A stretch of DNA of 64,000 nucleotides, taken from positions 124,001 to 188,000 of the IMG/VR virus record IMGVR_UViG_3300035661_000001. One strand, written 5' to 3'. The notes under the pieces are model-generated. The model saw only the letters and a list, made by a program, of their open reading frames with translations. It had not been told where the DNA came from and searched no databases. Shown piece after piece: positions 59,303 to 64,000 of this stretch. The position numbers and the translations under genes were made by a program. The stretch's first letter is position 1. Every line of letters begins with the position of its first letter.

Positions 59303-59590
59303 ATGAATATAAAAAGTTTAAAACCATATTTACATTATGTAGTTGACAATGAATTGGGTAAAAATAAAAAATTTGAATTCATTTCTTTAAAAGGTAAAAT
59401 TTACAATTTACTATTTTATAAGTTAAATGAGTTAGATCCACCATTTGAAGTTCTTTGCATCATAGATACGAAAAATAATTATAGGCATTTTTATGAGATT
59501 TCATGTGGAAAGATTATTTGGGATAATAAAATATCTAAACAATTAAAAAATTACTGTGATAGAGTTATGGGAATGTTCGTGTTTCTATAA
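59303..59590 (+). CDS. hypothetical protein with shared C-terminal motif
   Basis: ends RVMGMFVFL. Confidence 0.65.
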   Translation: MNIKSLKPYLHYVVDNELGKNKKFEFISLKGKIYNLLFYKLNELDPPFEVLCIIDTKNNYRHFYEISCGKIIWDNKISKQLKNYCDRVMGMFVFL

Positions 59591-60019
59591 TTAAGCTTTT
59601 TCTGTAATAGTAACTTGATACAATGATTGTCCTGTATTATTTTCTCCTTGATATTCTGTGCTAATAGAATGAATTAACATACCAAATTTGGATTGAATTT
59701 GATTTTCTACTTGGCTAATTATATTTAAATTTCCTGTTTGTTGTAGATTTTTTGGTACTGGAGATGTACCATATGTAAAAGTAATAGTGGGTCCCCAGGG
59801 CTCATAGACGCGACCTTCAGGAACTTCTACTTGGTACGTACGGGGTATTAACATAACTCCCGGAACATTTCCAACACATTGTAGAATTTCTAATTGGCTA
59901 ATAACACGATATTCTGGTGCGGCAGCTTCTGGCTGACCTTTCCAGGGATCGACAATTTGATCTAAATTATATTTCGCTTCAATTCTTTTGAAGAATTTAT
60001 TTCTTTGAAATTTATTCAT
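59591..60019 (-). CDS. hypothetical protein
   Basis: 142 aa ORF. Confidence 0.65.
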   Translation of the reverse strand: MNKFQRNKFFKRIEAKYNLDQIVDPWKGQPEAAAPEYRVISQLEILQCVGNVPGVMLIPRTYQVEVPEGRVYEPWGPTITFTYGTSPVPKNLQQTGNLNIISQVENQIQSKFGMLIHSISTEYQGENNTGQSLYQVTITEKA

Positions 60020-60037
60020 ATATAAATAAGTAGTTTT

Positions 60038-60376
60038 ATGCAGAGGAAAAAAATGATTACTTTAACAACTAAAGCAGTAACTAAAATAAAAGAAATAGCC
60101 GAATCAGACGCTATAGAAACTTTAACTTTGCGAGTTAAAGTTTTAGGTGGAGGTTGTGCTGGATTCTCTTATGACTTGTATTTTGAGGATAACATCACAG
60201 ATATGGATGAAGTTTTTGAAAAGGATGATGTCAAAATAGCAGTAGACATGCTCTCCCATCAGTATCTTGACGGCGTCGAGATTGATTATGTAGAGGGAGT
60301 TATGGGTGCCGGATTTAAGTTTTTGAACCCTAATGTTAAAAGTACGTGCGGTTGTGGATCATCTGTAGAATTTTAA
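60038..60376 (+). CDS. A-type Fe-S carrier (IscA/ErpA/HesB family)
   Basis: GGGCAGFSY, DY..G.M.AGF...NPN..STCGCGSS. Confidence 0.93.
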   Translation: MQRKKMITLTTKAVTKIKEIAESDAIETLTLRVKVLGGGCAGFSYDLYFEDNITDMDEVFEKDDVKIAVDMLSHQYLDGVEIDYVEGVMGAGFKFLNPNVKSTCGCGSSVEF

Positions 60377-61011
60377 ACATCTTTCCAGATTTTTCTTCGT
60401 ACTACTAATCTAATTAATGATGAAGAAACATTATTTTCTTCAGCCAAATATTTTATAGTATATTTTCCTGAAGCGTGCTTTTCTCGTATGTCTATTACTT
60501 TTTCTACTGTTAATTTTGATCTTTTGAGTACTTCTTGTTGTGAACATTTTCTTCCCGAAGTTTGAGATTTAATGTTATTAATAGTTTCTTGTGAATGATG
60601 TTTTCCATAAAAAGAATTTTTCGTTCCAAGTCTAGTACCTTTTCTATTTTTGCTCATTTGTGATTTAGTTTCTTCTGAGTGTTTAAATCCACTTGAACCA
60701 TCGCCACCGGCGGTTAAATTATACCCTGCTGGTCCAAATGATTGATAATGTTGAATCCAAAATACTTCTCTCTCTAATCCTAGAACTTCTGATTCCAATT
60801 CTTCAATTATCTCAAAAGTAAAATTATTTACACCATATTTATTTATAGCTTTATGAATAGCCTGATAAGCATGATTATAAGTTGTTTTGTATTTGGCAAC
60901 ATTGATATGTTTAGCCCATCTGTTGTGCGGAGTTTTGTTAGTTGTTTTTCCAATGTAAATTTTACCATTGGTTAAGTTTGTAATTTTGTAGATAAAAGTT
61001 TTTGATTCCAT
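60373..61011 (-). CDS. GIY-YIG homing endonuclease (NUMOD3, HTH)
   Basis: FIYKITN..IYIGKT..RW..H; GYNLT.GGDG; HSEET. Confidence 0.9.
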   Translation of the reverse strand: MESKTFIYKITNLTNGKIYIGKTTNKTPHNRWAKHINVAKYKTTYNHAYQAIHKAINKYGVNNFTFEIIEELESEVLGLEREVFWIQHYQSFGPAGYNLTAGGDGSSGFKHSEETKSQMSKNRKGTRLGTKNSFYGKHHSQETINNIKSQTSGRKCSQQEVLKRSKLTVEKVIDIREKHASGKYTIKYLAEENNVSSSLIRLVVRRKIWKDV

Positions 61012-61067
61012 GTGTATATGGAATATTATGCCGAAATGCGGAAGTTCTTTCTCAGTCTAAGGAAAAT

Positions 61068-61631
61068 ATGAATTACGATTTTGTAAATGTTATTGATGTG
61101 GAATCCACTTGTTGGGAACCACCAGAGTATCAACCACGTGATCAAATTTCAGAGATCATAGAAGTTGGAATAGCTGTTGTTGATTTGAAAAATCTAGTCA
61201 TCACAGAGAACGAAGGGATTTTGATTAAACCTCAAAATTCTAAATTGAGCAAGTTTTGCACAAAGCTTACAACTTTAACTCAGGAACAAGTAGATAAAGG
61301 TATTTTTATTCAAGAAGCTTATGAGCTTTTGAAAAATAAATATGGCTCTAAAAATAGGACTTTCATAAGTTGGGGCGATTATGATCGTTCTATGTTTGAA
61401 AGAAATTCCAGAGATTATGGAATTAAATATCCATTTGGTCCACGACATCACAATTTGAAAAACGCTTTCACACTATTGTATGGTTTGGACCGTGAATTGG
61501 GGGTCGATAAAGCCTTGGAATATCTAGGCATGGAATTAGAGGGCACACACCACAGGGGTGTGGATGATAGTAGAAACATTGCCAAGATTTTGATACATAA
61601 TCTAAAACGGTTTAGAAGTCATGGAAAATGA
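61068..61631 (+). CDS. DEDDh 3'-5' exonuclease (ERI-1/KapD-like)
   Basis: IDVESTCW, EIIEVG, LSKFC.KLT, SWGDYD, GTHHRG.DD..N. Confidence 0.9.
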   Translation: MNYDFVNVIDVESTCWEPPEYQPRDQISEIIEVGIAVVDLKNLVITENEGILIKPQNSKLSKFCTKLTTLTQEQVDKGIFIQEAYELLKNKYGSKNRTFISWGDYDRSMFERNSRDYGIKYPFGPRHHNLKNAFTLLYGLDRELGVDKALEYLGMELEGTHHRGVDDSRNIAKILIHNLKRFRSHGK

Positions 61632-61962
61632 ATACCAAGTATTTATTTCTGAATCCGCGGCTGGTCAAATAAAAGATCAGTTCAAAAAGCGCGGCACACC
61701 TGATGCTTATTTGAGGCTAGGAATTAAAGGTGGCGGATGTTCCGGATTCTCCTATGTGCTTCAGTACGAAGATTCAGCTCCTAGAGAAAAAGACCTATTA
61801 TTTACTGTTCACGATATAAAAGTAATAGTAGATAAAAAAAGTATTATTTATTTAACTGGAACAATTTTAGATTGGGAAAAAACATTTATCTATAGTGGTT
61901 TCAAATTTGTAAACCCACAAGAAAAAAATAAATGTGGATGTGGAAATAGTTTTAATATTTGA
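61621..61962 (+). CDS. A-type Fe-S carrier (IscA family), second copy
   Basis: GIKGGGCSGFSY, GF.F.NP...KCGCGNSF. Confidence 0.93.
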   Translation: MENEYQVFISESAAGQIKDQFKKRGTPDAYLRLGIKGGGCSGFSYVLQYEDSAPREKDLLFTVHDIKVIVDKKSIIYLTGTILDWEKTFIYSGFKFVNPQEKNKCGCGNSFNI

Positions 61963-62223
61963 GGTGAATATGTTTCATGGAGTTTATGTGAAGAGCCATC
62001 CCCGTGGCAAATGGTATTTGGCAACTTTAACTATTTCCGTCGAAACAGCATTGGCAGATAGACGAGCTATTATTCAACAAGCTGTATTAGAAGATAATAT
62101 AAAGGTTGAAGTTAAGATTCAATCTTTTACATCTGGATTTTATATTCCAGAAATGTTATCTGAAGTTAAAGAGTCAACATTACAATATAATTGACACATT
62201 GAATTTATGTTATATGACTGTAT

Positions 62224-63330
62224 ATGACAAATGCGTTGAATCTTCAAGAAATTGATCAAGAGCAAGCTCTTAATTTAAATAAGTTTTTTATTAAATCACA
62301 TCAAAATATTTTTTTATTTGGACGTCGAGGAGTTGGTAAAACTCATATTGCATTACAGGCAATAAAAGAATGTGGATTTAAAATAAATTATATCAATCTA
62401 AGCGTACTAGAAAGACCAGATTTAGCTGGATATCCAGATATTCATTCCCCTGGGGATGTGGTAAATTTTAAATCCCCTGCTTATTTGCCTTCTTTAAAAG
62501 ACGCATCTCCTGATAGCGTTATTTTATTTGATGAAGTAGATAAAGCTCCACCAGAAATTACCGCTCCATTATTAGAGATTTTACAATTCAAGCAAATAAA
62601 TGGTAATAAAATTAATGCTCTTTGCTGCATATTAACTGGTAATTTATCTAATGAAGGAACTTATTCCAACGCTATTAATTCTGCCTTATTAGATAGAGGC
62701 GCTAAATACATATTATCCTTCAATTTTGAAAAATGGGTTGATTGGGCAAAATCAAATCAAGTCCATGATTTGATTTTAGGTTTTCTTCGAAGTAATCCAG
62801 AATTTGCTTGCGGCAAGATAGATGACGCCTGTTATGCATCTCCATCACCTAGAGGTTGGACTATGGCATCAGAAGCGCTGATCAAAGCTAAAGAATTAAA
62901 AATTATTGATATTGACACTGTAACTCATATTATTTCCGGTTTTGTGGGAAATGAAGCGGGATTAAGATTTAAATTATGGTATGAACATTATCGTAAATTT
63001 GAACCATTTGTACATACATTAATATATTCTGGCAATTTAACAATAGACTATAACGAATTAACACCTACCGAAAAAATTATATTTGTAATAACAGCTTGTT
63101 ATTATGCTAAACAAAAATTAATGGAGCCTACCAAAAAGAATAGGTTTTTACCATTAGATAATTTGTGTAAATTTTTGACTACTAATAAAGTAGACTATGA
63201 AGTCCAAGTAATGGGCTTGTATAATAGTTTTGATTTCGATTATGTTATTAAAAACAAATTATATGAATGTAAACCATTTTTCGAATTATTCACTAAGATC
63301 AGTGAAAGCGTAACTATTAAAGGAAAATAA
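62224..63330 (+). CDS. MoxR-like AAA+ ATPase, paralog of 55942..57078
   Basis: GRRGVGKT, YINLSVLER.D..GYPD, FDEVDKA, TGNL, LLDR, SPSPRGW. Confidence 0.9.
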   Translation: MTNALNLQEIDQEQALNLNKFFIKSHQNIFLFGRRGVGKTHIALQAIKECGFKINYINLSVLERPDLAGYPDIHSPGDVVNFKSPAYLPSLKDASPDSVILFDEVDKAPPEITAPLLEILQFKQINGNKINALCCILTGNLSNEGTYSNAINSALLDRGAKYILSFNFEKWVDWAKSNQVHDLILGFLRSNPEFACGKIDDACYASPSPRGWTMASEALIKAKELKIIDIDTVTHIISGFVGNEAGLRFKLWYEHYRKFEPFVHTLIYSGNLTIDYNELTPTEKIIFVITACYYAKQKLMEPTKKNRFLPLDNLCKFLTTNKVDYEVQVMGLYNSFDFDYVIKNKLYECKPFFELFTKISESVTIKGK

Positions 63331-63331
63331 T

Positions 63332-63646
63332 ATGAGTTTAAAAATTGTAGATGATTCTTCTTTTGATAAAGAAGTTTTGAAATCTGAGACTCCTGTTCTA
63401 GTTGATTTCTCAGCCGCGTGGTGCGGTCCTTGTAAAAGACAGCTCCCTGTATTAGAGGAAGCTCAAAACGAATATAATGAATCAGTTAAGTTCGTTAAAA
63501 TTGATGTAGATGATAGTCCTGAGACTGCTGCAAAATTCAAAGTAAGAAGTATCCCAACAATTATTTTATTCAAACAAGGGGTACCTTCTAAAAATCATAC
63601 AGGTTTAATGTCAAAATCTGTGTTACAAAAATTTATTAGTGAATGA
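63332..63646 (+). CDS. trxA: thioredoxin
   Basis: VDFSAAWCGPCK; SIPT. Confidence 0.95.
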   Translation: MSLKIVDDSSFDKEVLKSETPVLVDFSAAWCGPCKRQLPVLEEAQNEYNESVKFVKIDVDDSPETAAKFKVRSIPTIILFKQGVPSKNHTGLMSKSVLQKFISE

Positions 63647-63660
63647 TTAAAGGTAAAAAA

Positions 63661-64000
63661 ATGGATAAATATTTTTCTGGAGGAGACGTAATGGAAGATG
63701 GATTGCAATATGCTGCAAAAGCATTTAAGAAAAAATCTTACAAAGGTCTTGAGGATTTTGGTCTCACCGAAGCGTCAGATTATGTTGATTTAAACAAAGA
63801 ATATGGTTTGCTATCATATTACGATGTTTATTCAAATAAAAATAAAATACCAAATCTTTTCAATTTCCTAGCAAATTCGATTGAAGCTGGTCAATGGTCA
63901 CTTCTTGACTTGAATCAGGTACAGATAGATGTTACTCGACATTTTAAGTATCTAGCTTTGAAGAAAGCTTATACAGAATTAGCTGTTGAAGCAAAAGGTA
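63661..64000 (+). CDS. hypothetical protein, partial (runs off window)
   Basis: aaggta RBS, ATG 63661, open to end. Confidence 0.6.
   Translation, partial: MDKYFSGGDVMEDGLQYAAKAFKKKSYKGLEDFGLTEASDYVDLNKEYGLLSYYDVYSNKNKIPNLFNFLANSIEAGQWSLLDLNQVQIDVTRHFKYLALKKAYTELAVEAKG

Noticed and set aside
1-64000. CRISPR array or cas genes
   Set aside because: No regularly spaced direct repeats or Cas motifs seen.
1-64000. Cellular (e.g. CPR or archaeal) origin suggested by metG, tsf, ligA, trxA
   Set aside because: No ribosomal protein operon context (tsf without rpsB/pyrH). Dispersed tRNAs, many homing endonucleases and dense orphan ORFs fit a large phage better, although no virion gene in this window proves it.

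Overview
AT-rich, densely coded, mostly + strand segment of a large (jumbo/huge-type) bacteriophage genome, from its accessory, tRNA and host-takeover region. No capsid, terminase or DNA polymerase genes are recognisable. It carries about 16 tRNA genes, including unusual Ile(UAU) and Phe(AAA), and translation factors (MetRS, EF-Ts). It also encodes NAD/ADP-ribose enzymes (NAMPT, NADAR, ADP-ribosylglycohydrolase, SLOG, Nudix) and nucleic-acid enzymes (LigA, UvrD, RNase HII, Dam-type methylase, RNA ligase, DEDDh exonuclease, 2H phosphoesterase). A block of two MoxR AAA+ ATPases, a VWA/peptidase protein, two IscA proteins and thioredoxin lies at the right end. About 19 free-standing HNH, GIY-YIG, LAGLIDADG and PD-(D/E)XK endonuclease genes are scattered throughout. 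Main novel signals: (1) at least 14 otherwise largely unrelated small ORFs end in the same 9-residue C-terminal motif [KR]-h-x-x-h-x-x-F-x-stop; (2) a short intergenic mimic of the 23S rRNA GTPase-associated (L11-binding) centre sits inside the first tRNA cluster; (3) a roughly 500 bp GC-rich toxin-antitoxin fragment was apparently captured from a high-GC host, possibly Myxococcota; (4) hairpins lie immediately 5' of several tRNAs; (5) several deletion scars fuse gene fragments. All calls come from reading the sequence by eye; no database searches were run.
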